A stretch of 53,924 nucleotides of DNA from an uncultured Rhodoluna sp. (lineage in GTDB: Bacteria; Actinomycetota; Actinomycetes; Actinomycetales; Microbacteriaceae), in NCBI GenBank assembly GCA_964456485.1, contig CAYVZV010000001.1, positions 1-53,924 of the forward strand. Direction: 5' to 3'. The position numbers and the translations under genes were made by a program. The notes below the pieces were generated by a model, which worked only from the letters and a program-made list of their open reading frames with translations, ran no database searches and had not been told where the DNA came from. Positions 1 to 9,462 of the stretch are shown here, piece after piece. The stretch's first letter is position 1. Every line of letters starts with the position of its first letter.

Positions 1-263
1 ACGATGTAATCAAACTCTCGACTAAACGCCCATTCAAAACCTGCAAGGTATGCAATGCCGAGACCTTGCTTAGAACCTCTCACTAAAAGATTTACTCTCG
101 GCTCGGATCCGAAATTAGCTTCTACGACCGCTTGGGTACCATCAGGCGATGAATCATCAACCACAAGTATCGAAATGTCTTTATCCACACCCAGAACTTC
201 AGTGAGAGTTTTGGCTATTGTTTCCGTTTCGTTGTATGTGGGGATTACAACTAGATAGTTCAC
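1..263 (-). CDS. ppm1: Polyprenol-monophosphomannose synthase (GT2), 5' part only; truncated by window edge
   Basis: Not in the ORF track. Manual translation from GTG at 263 gives MNYLVVIPTYNETETI...ILVVDDSSPDGT...KQGLGIAYLAGFEWA, which has the DPM1-like motifs. GTGA overlap with the lnt stop. Confidence 0.88.
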   Translation of the reverse strand, partial: MNYLVVIPTYNETETIAKTLTEVLGVDKDISILVVDDSSPDGTQAVVEANFGSEPRVNLLVRGSKQGLGIAYLAGFEWAFSREFDYI

Positions 264-1810
264 GCGCTGTGACTTCTTGATCGTGCTCTTAGCCTAAAGA
301 TCAGTCCACCTACAAAAAGAGCTAGAGCGGAGAAGTTAACTGCAAGGTCAAAGCCTGCCCCGATTGCCATTGCAGGAGTCGTAGAAGTTCTAAGCGGAAG
401 TGCGTGAACCATCACACCGGGTTCGAAAATGGGTAGCTGATCGACAATCGACCCATCCGCGAGAAAGACTTTCGATACCCCAACGGTTGAAATGTTGACC
501 AAAGTTCGACCTGTTTCAATCGCGCGAAGCCTTGCTAGAGCTGCCTGTTGGAAGGTTTCATCGCTTCGACCAAAGTCAGCATTGTTGGTTTGTGAAAGGA
601 TGATTTCCGCTCCATCGGAAACGAGTTCACGACCAATGTCGTCGATAGCAATTTCAAAGCAGATCAGAACACCGAGGTTGCTACCTTCAAACTCAAAAAT
701 TCCATCCCTTGTGCCAAATGCGTAACCACGTGTGACCAAGCCGATTAAGTCCGGCGCTAGCTGATACCAAAAGTCTCGATCTGGAACATACTCAGCAAAT
801 GGCACTGGGCGCTTCTTGTCATACTGATCAATCTGCCCCTCATCTGGTGCGTAGTACAAAGAGCTGTTGAATATCTCATCTCCAGATTCAGTGATTGCAC
901 CAAAGATCAGTGGCACCTGATACTTCTCAACAACCGAATCGATTTGAAGTTTGGCAAGTTCATTTGCTTGAGGGTTGAGATCGGAGGCATTCTCGGGCCA
1001 AACAATAAAGTCAATGGAGTCCTTGAGCGGATGTGAATCCAACAACTGCGTTGCGTCTAGATGGTTTTTCAGAAAGGTGCCCCTTTCCGCATTGGCGAAC
1101 AGCCCAGCGTTGGCATTTCCTTGAACGGCCGCAACGGTGACCTCACCAGATTCGGCATTAGCTGGAACCACGAATGTAGCCGCCAGCACAATCGCTCCGA
1201 CTGTTGCACCTAGTGAAACCAGATGCTTGCGCAGCCCAGGCAGTCCCGATTCGATGGCTTGCAGTAGTGCCACTGTCATGAAGACCGAGATAAAGGTTAG
1301 ACCTGAGATTCCAACAAAGTAAACCAGCGAGGATAAAAAGCTATCCGATAACGACTGCGCCACTCTGGACCAAGGGAAACCCCCGTAAGGAAGATTGATT
1401 GCGACCCACTCGCGCGCTGTCCAGAGGGTAGCGATTGCAAGTGCAATCCAGAACGAAGAATGCCTTCCGGAAAGCGTGTGAGTCAAATAAGACCAGACCG
1501 ATGCAATTACGGCTGCGCCTAGAGCAAAAATGAATGCTTCCATCACGGACAGTGCTATCCAAGGCACCGGACCTAAGTAAAGACTGATCCATTCAATCTG
1601 GCTCATGTAAAAAGCAACACCTGCGGCGAATCCAACTAAGGCAGCTGGCAGGAATCTCAGGCCACGAATTGAAACAAGTATCAGTGCAACCGATACAAAA
1701 ATCAGTGGCCACACGTTTTCTCTTGGCATTGCCAAGGAAGAAAGCAATCCCCCAAGGATTCCGACTGGAAGTCGCCAAAGCGCGAACCCAATCTTGTGAT
1801 TTTTGCTCAT
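260..1810 (-). CDS. lnt: Apolipoprotein N-acyltransferase
   Basis: Multi-TM N-terminus, PYGGFPW, VQGN, WPEN, YDKKRPVPFAEY, ICFE nitrilase-fold triad, TNNADFG. Confidence 0.95.
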   Translation of the reverse strand: MSKNHKIGFALWRLPVGILGGLLSSLAMPRENVWPLIFVSVALILVSIRGLRFLPAALVGFAAGVAFYMSQIEWISLYLGPVPWIALSVMEAFIFALGAAVIASVWSYLTHTLSGRHSSFWIALAIATLWTAREWVAINLPYGGFPWSRVAQSLSDSFLSSLVYFVGISGLTFISVFMTVALLQAIESGLPGLRKHLVSLGATVGAIVLAATFVVPANAESGEVTVAAVQGNANAGLFANAERGTFLKNHLDATQLLDSHPLKDSIDFIVWPENASDLNPQANELAKLQIDSVVEKYQVPLIFGAITESGDEIFNSSLYYAPDEGQIDQYDKKRPVPFAEYVPDRDFWYQLAPDLIGLVTRGYAFGTRDGIFEFEGSNLGVLICFEIAIDDIGRELVSDGAEIILSQTNNADFGRSDETFQQAALARLRAIETGRTLVNISTVGVSKVFLADGSIVDQLPIFEPGVMVHALPLRTSTTPAMAIGAGFDLAVNFSALALFVGGLIFRLRARSRSHSA

Positions 1811-1816
1811 GTATCT

Positions 1817-1822
1817 AGCCTA
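1817..1822 (-). promoter_or_regulatory. Putative -10 element TAGGCT for leaderless lnt; overlaps helY stop codon
   Basis: TANNNT hexamer 6 nt upstream of the ATG, with no Shine-Dalgarno. Confidence 0.5.
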
Positions 1823-4273
1823 TGCATAGTACGAGTAGGCAACGATGCCGCGCTTGACAAGGTCAACGGCGTCCCTAGCTTTTGATGAAATAGTGCCTTC
1901 GCTGGCTTTAGCTAATTGCTCAAGCAAGTCGATTATCTGCTTGCACCATCTAATGAAATCCCCTGGAAGTAAATCAGCCGATTCAAGAACGATGTCTAGC
2001 TTGGCTCCTGTTGCCCAGCGGTGAATCGGATAACTCAAATCCATCTCGAGCCGCGAGGATCGGGGAAGCTTGTACTTCTTCGACAGTCCTTCAAGCTCAT
2101 CCCACAGCAGCTGAGTTTTAGTGAAACTATCTTGGAAGTTTCCCCTAACAGCGCGCGGCTCAAAGTTCTCATCGTCTCGACGCGGCTCATAAACCAGTGC
2201 TGCTGCCATGGCGGCTAGGGATGGAGCATCTAAGTTGTCCCAAATCTTTAGCCTCAAGGCTTCAGCCACCAATAGGTCTCGTTCACCGTAAATTCGAGCC
2301 AGCATCCTGCCCGAGTCGGTGACGATTAGGTCCTGATCGGAAGAATCGAGATACTCAAGTTCAATCAACAGTTCACAAATTTTGTCAAAGGTGGAAGCAA
2401 CAAGATTTGTCCGTCCTTCAATTTGATCGAGTATTGCTTGGGTTTCCCTGTGTAGTTGCCACCAGCGCTCTGCCCATCTTGAGTGTGCTTCGCGATGGGA
2501 ACACAGGTGACAAGGGTGGGTCTTCATTCGAACTTTGAGCTCGGCAAGCCTTCGTTCGTGTTCACTTCGACCTTTGGTTTGTCGAATATCCTTGCCGCGC
2601 TCTTGCCTGGTCCTACCTGACGAGAGAAGCTTCTCGATGTCGCTGAGTTCTCGCCTAATGCTTGAGTACGCAAAGAAGTCTCCAAGGTGACATTCCATGG
2701 ATTTGGCATAGCCATCCAGTGAGATTTGTTTCTCCCGTATGCCCTTCGCTAGTCCAACAACTGACCTATCGGCCTGGAACTGAGCAAAAGACGTTTCGAG
2801 CACTTCACGCGCTCTTTTGCGACCAAAGGCTTCGATCAAGTTCACTGCCATGTTCGCGGTTGGCTTGAACGGACTAATCAAGGGATAACTTCTCTTGCTT
2901 GCAAGACCTGCAACACTTGCCGGATCCAGGTTTCCAGACCACTGCACGACTGAGTGACCCAAGGTATCGATGCCGCGTCTGCCTGCGCGCCCAGTTAGCT
3001 GGGTGTACTCTCCTGGGGTTATTTGAACTCTGGACTCGCCATTGAACTTGTCCAATCGCTCAAGAACAACAGTTCGAGCTGGCATGTTTATGCCAAGTGC
3101 CAAAGTCTCTGTCGCAAATACAACGCGAACGAGCTTCCTTAGAAACAGCTCCTCTACTACTTCTTTGAAAGCAGGAAGCATTCCAGCGTGATGGGCTGCC
3201 ACTCCTCTTTCAAGACCGCTTAGCCACTCAAAGTAGCCAAGAGTTGCCAAATCTTCGTCAGCGATTGAAGCTGTCTTTTGCTCGACTATGTATCTAATCT
3301 CTTGCTGCTCTTCGCGAGTTGTCAGCCGGACTCCGTACTGATGACAGGCGCGAACAGCTGCGTCGCAACCAACCCGGGAGAAAATGAAAAAGATAGCTGG
3401 GAGAAGATCATTGTCCTCAAGAATTTCTACAACTTCCGGTTTGGAAACCTTAGGAATTCTTGCGAACTTATGGTCGACCCCACCTTTAGGCCTTTTGCCT
3501 TTTGTGTTTCTGAGGGATCCCATCGGAATTCGAAGTTTGCTTGAATGCTTCTGAACCAGGTCAGGATTCACTCTCTGATTCTTGGATCCGGCAGCAAATA
3601 GCTCCATCAGTTCGTCTCCGAACAACACATGCTGATCTAGCGGAACCGGTCGGTGTTCGGAAACCACAATTTCGGTATCGCCTCGGACTTCCTCTAGCCA
3701 GGCGCCGAATTCCTCAGCATTTGAAACCGTTGCGCTTAGCGATACCAGCTTGACGTCCTTGGGAAGGTGAAGAATAACTTCCTCCCACACTGCTCCCCTG
3801 AAGCGATCAGCGAGGTAGTGAACTTCGTCCATGACCACGTATCCCAGTTCAATAAGTGAATCTGAGTTCGCGTAGATCATGTTTCGCAGCACCTCGGTTG
3901 TCATAACGACAATTTGGGCGTCGGAATTGGTGTTGGTGTCCCCCGTTAGAAGACCAACTCGGTCTGGACCATACCTTGCCACTAGCTCCGCATACTTTTG
4001 ATTACTCAGCGCTTTTATTGGAGTTGTATAAAAGACTTTCTGACTTTTTTCGATAGCAAGATGAATTGCAAACTCGCCGACTATAGTCTTTCCGGCTCCG
4101 GTCGGAGCGGCTACGAGCACTCCTTTGCCTTTGGCTAGAGCATGACAGGCCTGTTCCTGAAAAGGATCGAGTGCAAAATCAATCAGTTCAAGAAATGAGT
4201 TATAACTTGGCGCAGACTGTTTGACCTTAGCCCTGGCATAGCGCTCAGAGGCGCTCAGTTCCTCGTTGGTCAC
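1820..4273 (-). CDS. helY: Ski2-like DEAD/DEAH-box RNA helicase HelY
   Basis: APTGAGKT, TTPIKALSNQK, DEVH, LSAT, ATETLALGINMPA, QLTGRAGRRG and a DSHCT-like C-terminus. Position after tatC is the usual actinobacterial one. Confidence 0.92.
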   Translation of the reverse strand: MTNEELSASERYARAKVKQSAPSYNSFLELIDFALDPFQEQACHALAKGKGVLVAAPTGAGKTIVGEFAIHLAIEKSQKVFYTTPIKALSNQKYAELVARYGPDRVGLLTGDTNTNSDAQIVVMTTEVLRNMIYANSDSLIELGYVVMDEVHYLADRFRGAVWEEVILHLPKDVKLVSLSATVSNAEEFGAWLEEVRGDTEIVVSEHRPVPLDQHVLFGDELMELFAAGSKNQRVNPDLVQKHSSKLRIPMGSLRNTKGKRPKGGVDHKFARIPKVSKPEVVEILEDNDLLPAIFFIFSRVGCDAAVRACHQYGVRLTTREEQQEIRYIVEQKTASIADEDLATLGYFEWLSGLERGVAAHHAGMLPAFKEVVEELFLRKLVRVVFATETLALGINMPARTVVLERLDKFNGESRVQITPGEYTQLTGRAGRRGIDTLGHSVVQWSGNLDPASVAGLASKRSYPLISPFKPTANMAVNLIEAFGRKRAREVLETSFAQFQADRSVVGLAKGIREKQISLDGYAKSMECHLGDFFAYSSIRRELSDIEKLLSSGRTRQERGKDIRQTKGRSEHERRLAELKVRMKTHPCHLCSHREAHSRWAERWWQLHRETQAILDQIEGRTNLVASTFDKICELLIELEYLDSSDQDLIVTDSGRMLARIYGERDLLVAEALRLKIWDNLDAPSLAAMAAALVYEPRRDDENFEPRAVRGNFQDSFTKTQLLWDELEGLSKKYKLPRSSRLEMDLSYPIHRWATGAKLDIVLESADLLPGDFIRWCKQIIDLLEQLAKASEGTISSKARDAVDLVKRGIVAYSYYA

Positions 4274-4278
4274 GAGTA

Positions 4279-5070
4279 TTACTCCGCTGCTTGCGGGTCA
4301 GCTATTTCAAGAGCAGCAAGTTTTTTGGCCACTCGCTTGTCATGCAGATAAGCGACACCAGCGGCTAGGAAGTAAAGAATCAGTAGCGGGATCATGAGAA
4401 GGAACATGGCCATCGGTTCGGCTACCGGTGTTGCGATAGCCCCAACGACAGCGGATATGAACACGGCCATTCTCCAAGATTTGATGATGTTCTCTGCCGT
4501 GATCACTCCAGCAAAATTCAACATCACCAAGGCGACCGGCAATACAAATGCCAGACCAAAAACAAGCAAGATTCGTATTGTGAAAAGAATGTATTCACTT
4601 GCATTAATGACGTTGGCTGCCCCATCCGGGGTGAACCCAACAAGCACCACGACGAAAGTAGGAAGCGAAGACCAGGCAAGAGCTGTACCACCGATAAACA
4701 GTGGGACCGAAGCCAGGACGAATCCAATTGTGTAGCGTCGTTCACGCTTTTTTAGACCCGGTGTGACAAATGCCCAAAGGTTGTACAGCCAAACAGGTGC
4801 ACTCATCAGGATGCCAAGAAATATTGAGACTTGAAGTCGGACATCGAAAGCGGAGACCACTGTTGGAAAGTTAATTGTGGCGTTGCTACCTGGCTGTGCG
4901 GCAAGTTCGACGATTGGTCTTTGCAACTCGTTAAATACGGCATCGAACATAAACCAGCCGCCGATGGATCCACCGATGATAAATAATGCTGACCAGAACA
5001 GACGGTTGCGAAGCTCTTTGAGATGCCCCGAAAGGCTCATTTTGGCGTCGGGGTTTTTCTTCCTTGCCAC
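4279..5070 (-). CDS. tatC: Twin-arginine translocase subunit TatC
   Basis: MSLSGHLKELRNRL, WAFVTPGLKKRERR, about six TM segments, follows tatA. Confidence 0.95.
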   Translation of the reverse strand: MARKKNPDAKMSLSGHLKELRNRLFWSALFIIGGSIGGWFMFDAVFNELQRPIVELAAQPGSNATINFPTVVSAFDVRLQVSIFLGILMSAPVWLYNLWAFVTPGLKKRERRYTIGFVLASVPLFIGGTALAWSSLPTFVVVLVGFTPDGAANVINASEYILFTIRILLVFGLAFVLPVALVMLNFAGVITAENIIKSWRMAVFISAVVGAIATPVAEPMAMFLLMIPLLILYFLAAGVAYLHDKRVAKKLAALEIADPQAAE

Positions 5071-5262
5071 TTACTTGTCGGCGGGTGTTTCACCCTCAGC
5101 AGGCTTGTCGGCCGGCTTTGCTTCGTCAGTGGTCTTGATTTCCTTGCGGAAAATGCGCATCGACTGCGCAAGTGACTTAGCTAGACCTGGAAGCTTTGGC
5201 CCACCCCAGATCAGCAGAACAATCGCCAGAATAATGATCCATTCCCAGCCCTGTAGACGCAT
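5071..5262 (-). CDS. tatA: Twin-arginine translocase subunit TatA/E
   Basis: GWEWIIILAIVLLIWGGPKLPGLAKSLAQSMRIFRKE, the TM plus amphipathic-helix signature. Confidence 0.93.
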   Translation of the reverse strand: MRLQGWEWIIILAIVLLIWGGPKLPGLAKSLAQSMRIFRKEIKTTDEAKPADKPAEGETPADK

Positions 5263-5280
5263 TGGTTTCCCTATCTCTTT

Positions 5281-5562
5281 CTAAAGATCTCTAGTCCTAA
5301 GCCTACGCTCTCGCTGGCGCTTACGCTCCCTAGCTTCCCGTAGCAGCTGTTGACGCCGTGCACGGTGAATGTCTGGGTCATCCCCCAGAGCCGAAAGCAC
5401 CTTGGCAATCTCTGGGACTTTGGCATTAGCTGCGTTTAGGGCCTCAAGCTGAGTTGCCAGCTTCTTAGCAGGAGGCCCAAATTTCAGAAGCTTACGAATC
5501 AAGTAGACGCTTGCCCACAAGAGCACCGCCACGGCAAAGCCACCAGCCCAAAACCATTCCAT
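5281..5562 (-). CDS. Small membrane-anchored hypothetical protein with basic C-terminus
   Basis: 93-aa ORF filling the pafC-tatA gap. N-terminal hydrophobic helix, Arg-rich tail, and a -10-like hexamer 6 nt upstream. Confidence 0.75.
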   Translation of the reverse strand: MEWFWAGGFAVAVLLWASVYLIRKLLKFGPPAKKLATQLEALNAANAKVPEIAKVLSALGDDPDIHRARRQQLLREARERKRQRERRLRTRDL

Positions 5563-5571
5563 ATCTAAAAC

Positions 5572-6540
5572 CTACTCCGCCAATGGAGCCGGCTTGTGGT
5601 TACCGAGAGCGCGCTGAGCAAATTCCCGAACGGCTTGGCGGGCTGACTCCGGTGCAAGAACTTTAACCTTGCCGCTATACCTGGATACGATCCGCCCAAG
5701 GGTGCCTAGCTCACCAATTGGAATCTTTACTTGAACAGCCTTGTTCCCGGAAATTTCAAAGTCCGGTTTGTAGTCGGCAATGAGCCCGAAGGCTTCCGGC
5801 TCGACTGAGAATAGAACTTCTGTGTCAGTCTCGCGAACTTCGTAGATCTGTGAACTATCGCCAGATGTGACTGGCCTCTCTTCGAAAGTGTCCAGCAGTT
5901 CAATCTGCCTCATGCGATCGAGTCGGAAGACCCTCGGCTCCTTATTGGTTCTGCAGAAACCTCGAACAAACCAGTTGGACTCCCTTGACTCCAGGAGCTG
6001 TGGTTCAATCTCGCGATCGGAAACCTCTCCCGCTGAATTTATGTAAGAGCACTTCAGGGCCCGAGATTCAGCTACTGCCTGCCGCGCCAGGGCTAAGTCT
6101 TGATCACCTCGGTTTGGCTGGACCATAAATGGCAACTCCTTGGTACTGAGTGCACCCCTTCCTAGGATCTCGAGCAGTTCACTTATCTGCTCTTGGTCTG
6201 CGGGGTCAACCAAATCCACAAGATACGCCAACCCACTTGCGATGGCTGCTGCTTGTCGAGTTGAAAGTCTTGGAACAGCTTCCAATGTCGGCGCGAAACT
6301 GAGGTCGACGATGCCTTCCTCAAGCAAGTCATAGTCGAGGAAGAAAAGCTCATCAGGACGATACATGCCAACTCCCGAAAGTGAAATTGTTATGACCGCT
6401 GACTTGATTTCCTTCTCGGTCACTTCAAAGTGTTGTGCAAGATCAGAAAGTTTCTGCTGTCGGTGGCTGATCAAGTATCCAGTTAGCGCCAGCATGAAGT
6501 TATAGCGATCAGCTCCGCTGAGGCCTGAGCTCTTAGGCAT
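5572..6540 (-). CDS. pafC: HTH-WYL transcriptional regulator PafC
   Basis: N-terminal HTH (LAQHFEVTEKEI), GVGMYRPDELF, WYL domain (REIEP...WFVRGFC...RVFRLDRM). Start placed at ATG 6540, which overlaps the pafB stop. Confidence 0.88.
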   Translation of the reverse strand: MPKSSGLSGADRYNFMLALTGYLISHRQQKLSDLAQHFEVTEKEIKSAVITISLSGVGMYRPDELFFLDYDLLEEGIVDLSFAPTLEAVPRLSTRQAAAIASGLAYLVDLVDPADQEQISELLEILGRGALSTKELPFMVQPNRGDQDLALARQAVAESRALKCSYINSAGEVSDREIEPQLLESRESNWFVRGFCRTNKEPRVFRLDRMRQIELLDTFEERPVTSGDSSQIYEVRETDTEVLFSVEPEAFGLIADYKPDFEISGNKAVQVKIPIGELGTLGRIVSRYSGKVKVLAPESARQAVREFAQRALGNHKPAPLAE

Positions 6541-7501
6541 GATCATCACTCACCTTTTGGAGGTTAGCCTTAATCAGATCCGCAAGCTCGGTGGGTTCAA
6601 GAACTTCAATCTCGTCTGCAAACTCCATGAGCTCCTCGGCAAGCAGGTGTATGTCCATGAAATTCACTTCGAATTTTTCCTGCGATGGAGCAAGGTCAAA
6701 GTGGAACCAAGCTGCGCTGGCTGGATTTACTTTGAGCTTCGCGCTCTGTGATTTTTTATGCGCTTCGAGTGCCTCGAGAGCCCTGTCGACCTCCACTTTT
6801 CCTGGAGGGTCAAAAGTGACATCTTGAATGTCGACTTCCGAAACAATTCGCTTTAGCAAGAAGTTCCTGGGCTCATCCCGATCAAGATCGAAACCAACCA
6901 GCAACCACTGACCACCAATGTTTTGCAGTGACCAGGGTTCGATGTTTCGAACCGTGACCCCAGATTCTCCGGGTTTTTGATAGTCGAAGGAAACTCTGGA
7001 GCATGACTCGATTGCTGTCGAAAGCGGCAGGAAAGAGAGTTCATGTGTTCGGATACGAGGTGCTATACCTATCAAAGAGCTACTGTCTGCAATCTCACCC
7101 ATCGCACGGATTCTATGTATGGCTCGATTCGCATCCGATGAAAGTGAAGCCTTCGCCCAGACCTGGGCTGCCAAATTCAATAGCGCGACTTGCTTAGACG
7201 AAAGTTTTAGCCCCTTTGGCCAAACAAAATCTTCGTTCGCAATTAGATAGCGAAACTCTTGGTTGTCATCCATGGCCTCTTTGGGTATGAATGAACGCCA
7301 GAGAATTCCTGCGCGAGTAAGCAGAGTCTTATCTCTTTCAAACATCCGATTGATCGCAGAAGCATCACCACCGGGAACATAAATTTCTTTATAGCCCTGC
7401 ACAGTTGCAAAAATTTCAGACTTCGAAAGACCATTTCCCGCAACCAATAGGGCGCAAGTGAGATTGAACAATCTCTCCGATAGGTCAATCTTTTCTGGCA
7501 T
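6533..7501 (-). CDS. pafB: HTH-WYL transcriptional regulator PafB
   Basis: ERLFNLTCALL, RMFERDK, WYL domain (RNIEPW...WLLVGFDLDRDEPRNFLLKRI). Confidence 0.9.
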   Translation of the reverse strand: MPEKIDLSERLFNLTCALLVAGNGLSKSEIFATVQGYKEIYVPGGDASAINRMFERDKTLLTRAGILWRSFIPKEAMDDNQEFRYLIANEDFVWPKGLKLSSKQVALLNLAAQVWAKASLSSDANRAIHRIRAMGEIADSSSLIGIAPRIRTHELSFLPLSTAIESCSRVSFDYQKPGESGVTVRNIEPWSLQNIGGQWLLVGFDLDRDEPRNFLLKRIVSEVDIQDVTFDPPGKVEVDRALEALEAHKKSQSAKLKVNPASAAWFHFDLAPSQEKFEVNFMDIHLLAEELMEFADEIEVLEPTELADLIKANLQKVSDDHA

Positions 7502-7506
7502 GTTAG

Positions 7507-8457
7507 TTAGCTGCTGGCGCCAAGAATGTCGATGACAAACACAAGTGTTGCCCCAGGTGGGATAGTTCCGGCTCCCGCATCGCCGTAGCCCAATGCTGGA
7601 GGGATAACGGCAATTATCTGAGACCCAACAGGCTGACCGACAACAGCAGACAGGAATCCTTCAATCAGGGCTCCATCCTGCATTTGGAATTGGGCAGGCT
7701 GGCCTGTATCCCAACTGGAATCAAATTTTTCTGAGCTATCCCAAACGAAGCCGCTGTAGTGCATGGTGACCAGTTGGCCCTTCTGAACAATCTCGCCATC
7801 GCCTCGAATAAGTTGGGCAACCTTTAATTCGGTTGGTGCGGGCGAACTTGGAATAGTGACCCCAGGAATGCCATCTGGTGTTGTCACAACGCTAGGGAAT
7901 CCGGCTTCCGGAGCAACACTTGATCCAGTAGCTTTCTCCATAAACACTTTCTTCAAGTCAATAACGAAAACGAAAGAGTCAGCAGGACCAACACCTAGGG
8001 CTGGCACACCTTCTCCGTTGTGGGCTTGGTCAGGAGGCAAAATCGCAACTACTCGAGAACCTTCTTTCGCTCCAGCAAGCGCCTCACAGAAGTTCGGAAT
8101 TTGTCCTGGTGCAAAGAAGCCAGATGGAGTTTCTGTTCCATCAAAGCTGGACTGCTGTATTAGCTGGCCACTGCCGCCGTTATATCCGGCGAACTCAAAC
8201 TCAACTAGATTCCGTCCGGTAAAGACAGGACCATCACCCTCAACGACAACGCGTGCCTGAACTCCTTCAGCGTTAAGTGGAGAAGGGAAGTTGACAGTCG
8301 GTTGCTCTCCAAGAACCTCGGACACGCTAATGGAATCGACTTGGTCACCGCCGGTTAATTGTGCGCAGGCGAGATCTTGAGCTGGCGCACAAGAAGTCAA
8401 GGAAGCGGTCAAGATGATGCTGGAGAGAAGTAGGACGGACTTTTGCAAGAGGAGCAA
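7507..8457 (-). CDS. Two-domain FKBP-type peptidyl-prolyl isomerase, probable lipoprotein
   Basis: Signal peptide with lipobox LTSC, two FKBP domains (FVFVIDL; FDSSW...IPPALGYG...TLVFVIDIL). Confidence 0.88.
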   Translation of the reverse strand: MLLLQKSVLLLSSIILTASLTSCAPAQDLACAQLTGGDQVDSISVSEVLGEQPTVNFPSPLNAEGVQARVVVEGDGPVFTGRNLVEFEFAGYNGGSGQLIQQSSFDGTETPSGFFAPGQIPNFCEALAGAKEGSRVVAILPPDQAHNGEGVPALGVGPADSFVFVIDLKKVFMEKATGSSVAPEAGFPSVVTTPDGIPGVTIPSSPAPTELKVAQLIRGDGEIVQKGQLVTMHYSGFVWDSSEKFDSSWDTGQPAQFQMQDGALIEGFLSAVVGQPVGSQIIAVIPPALGYGDAGAGTIPPGATLVFVIDILGASS

Positions 8458-8514
8458 CTTTCTAAGTTAGTTAGATTACAAGTTTAGCTGTCGTGCCTGA
8501 AATGGGAATAACAG

Positions 8515-9462
8515 CTAAGAAGTGGCCTTTCGGACCGTTTTGCGAAGCTTCTTCTCCGAAACTTTGCGCTCCCCCAGACCGTCAGGATTCCAAGCAAGAA
8601 CATCCTCGTCTTTGTACTCGGTTGATTTCACCTTGGTCTTGAACTGAGGAAGTATCGCTCCGGGGGCAAGACGTCTGGCGGTCAACAGAAATCCTGTGTG
8701 CGCAATCATGCGATGTTCGGGTCTAACTGCCAAGCCTTGCAAATGCCATGGCCTTACCAGTGACTCGAAAGCGTTTGGTTCAGTGAACAACCTTGATGAA
8801 CGCAAATCCTCTGCAACTCGAGACAGTTGAGTCACTGTGGCTACGTACACGATTATTAATCCACCTGGGGCTAGAACCTCAGCACACTCGTTGATGCACT
8901 CCCAAGGTGCGAGCATGTCCAGCACTACACGGTCCACGCTCTGGGGCTTCAGTTTCTTTGGAAGCTGTTCCTGCAAATCGCCCAGATGAATCTTCCAGTT
9001 CTTAGGATTTGAGCCAGTCTGACTTTTGACGTTACCTGCCGCTATCTCGGCAAATTCTGATCGTCGCTCGAACGAGTGAAGCTCACCGCTGTCGCCGATG
9101 GCGCGAAGCAAATACATACTTAGGGCGCCTGAGCCAACGCCAGCTTCAACTACGACCGCTCCAGGAAAAATGTCCCCTTCAACAAGAATCTGCGCTGCGT
9201 CTTTAGGGTAGATAATTGCGGCTCCGCGTGGCATCGATAAAACGAAATCATTTAGTAAAGGCTTCAGCGCCAGATACTCAACGCCGTGTTGATTAGCAAC
9301 AACTGAACCATCGGCTTTCCCGATTATGTCGTCGTGCTTTAGGTCTCCTCGATGTGTTCCAAAAGCTCCGCCCTTTACGAGCGTGATGGTATTAAGCCTG
9401 CCCTTTGGCCCGGTTAGCTGGACTTTATCGCCAGCTTTGAACAGATGAGATTTTTTGGTCAC
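8515..9462 (-). CDS. trmI: tRNA (adenine(58)-N1)-methyltransferase
   Basis: MPRGAAIIYPKDA, VEAGVGSGALS, LDMLAPW, AVRPEHRMIAHTGFL. Confidence 0.93.
   Translation of the reverse strand: MTKKSHLFKAGDKVQLTGPKGRLNTITLVKGGAFGTHRGDLKHDDIIGKADGSVVANQHGVEYLALKPLLNDFVLSMPRGAAIIYPKDAAQILVEGDIFPGAVVVEAGVGSGALSMYLLRAIGDSGELHSFERRSEFAEIAAGNVKSQTGSNPKNWKIHLGDLQEQLPKKLKPQSVDRVVLDMLAPWECINECAEVLAPGGLIIVYVATVTQLSRVAEDLRSSRLFTEPNAFESLVRPWHLQGLAVRPEHRMIAHTGFLLTARRLAPGAILPQFKTKVKSTEYKDEDVLAWNPDGLGERKVSEKKLRKTVRKATS

Noticed and set aside
5572-7501. WYL proteins as defence-island regulators
   Set aside because: Sequence and position (FKBP-pafB-pafC-tatA-tatC-helY) match core PafBC.
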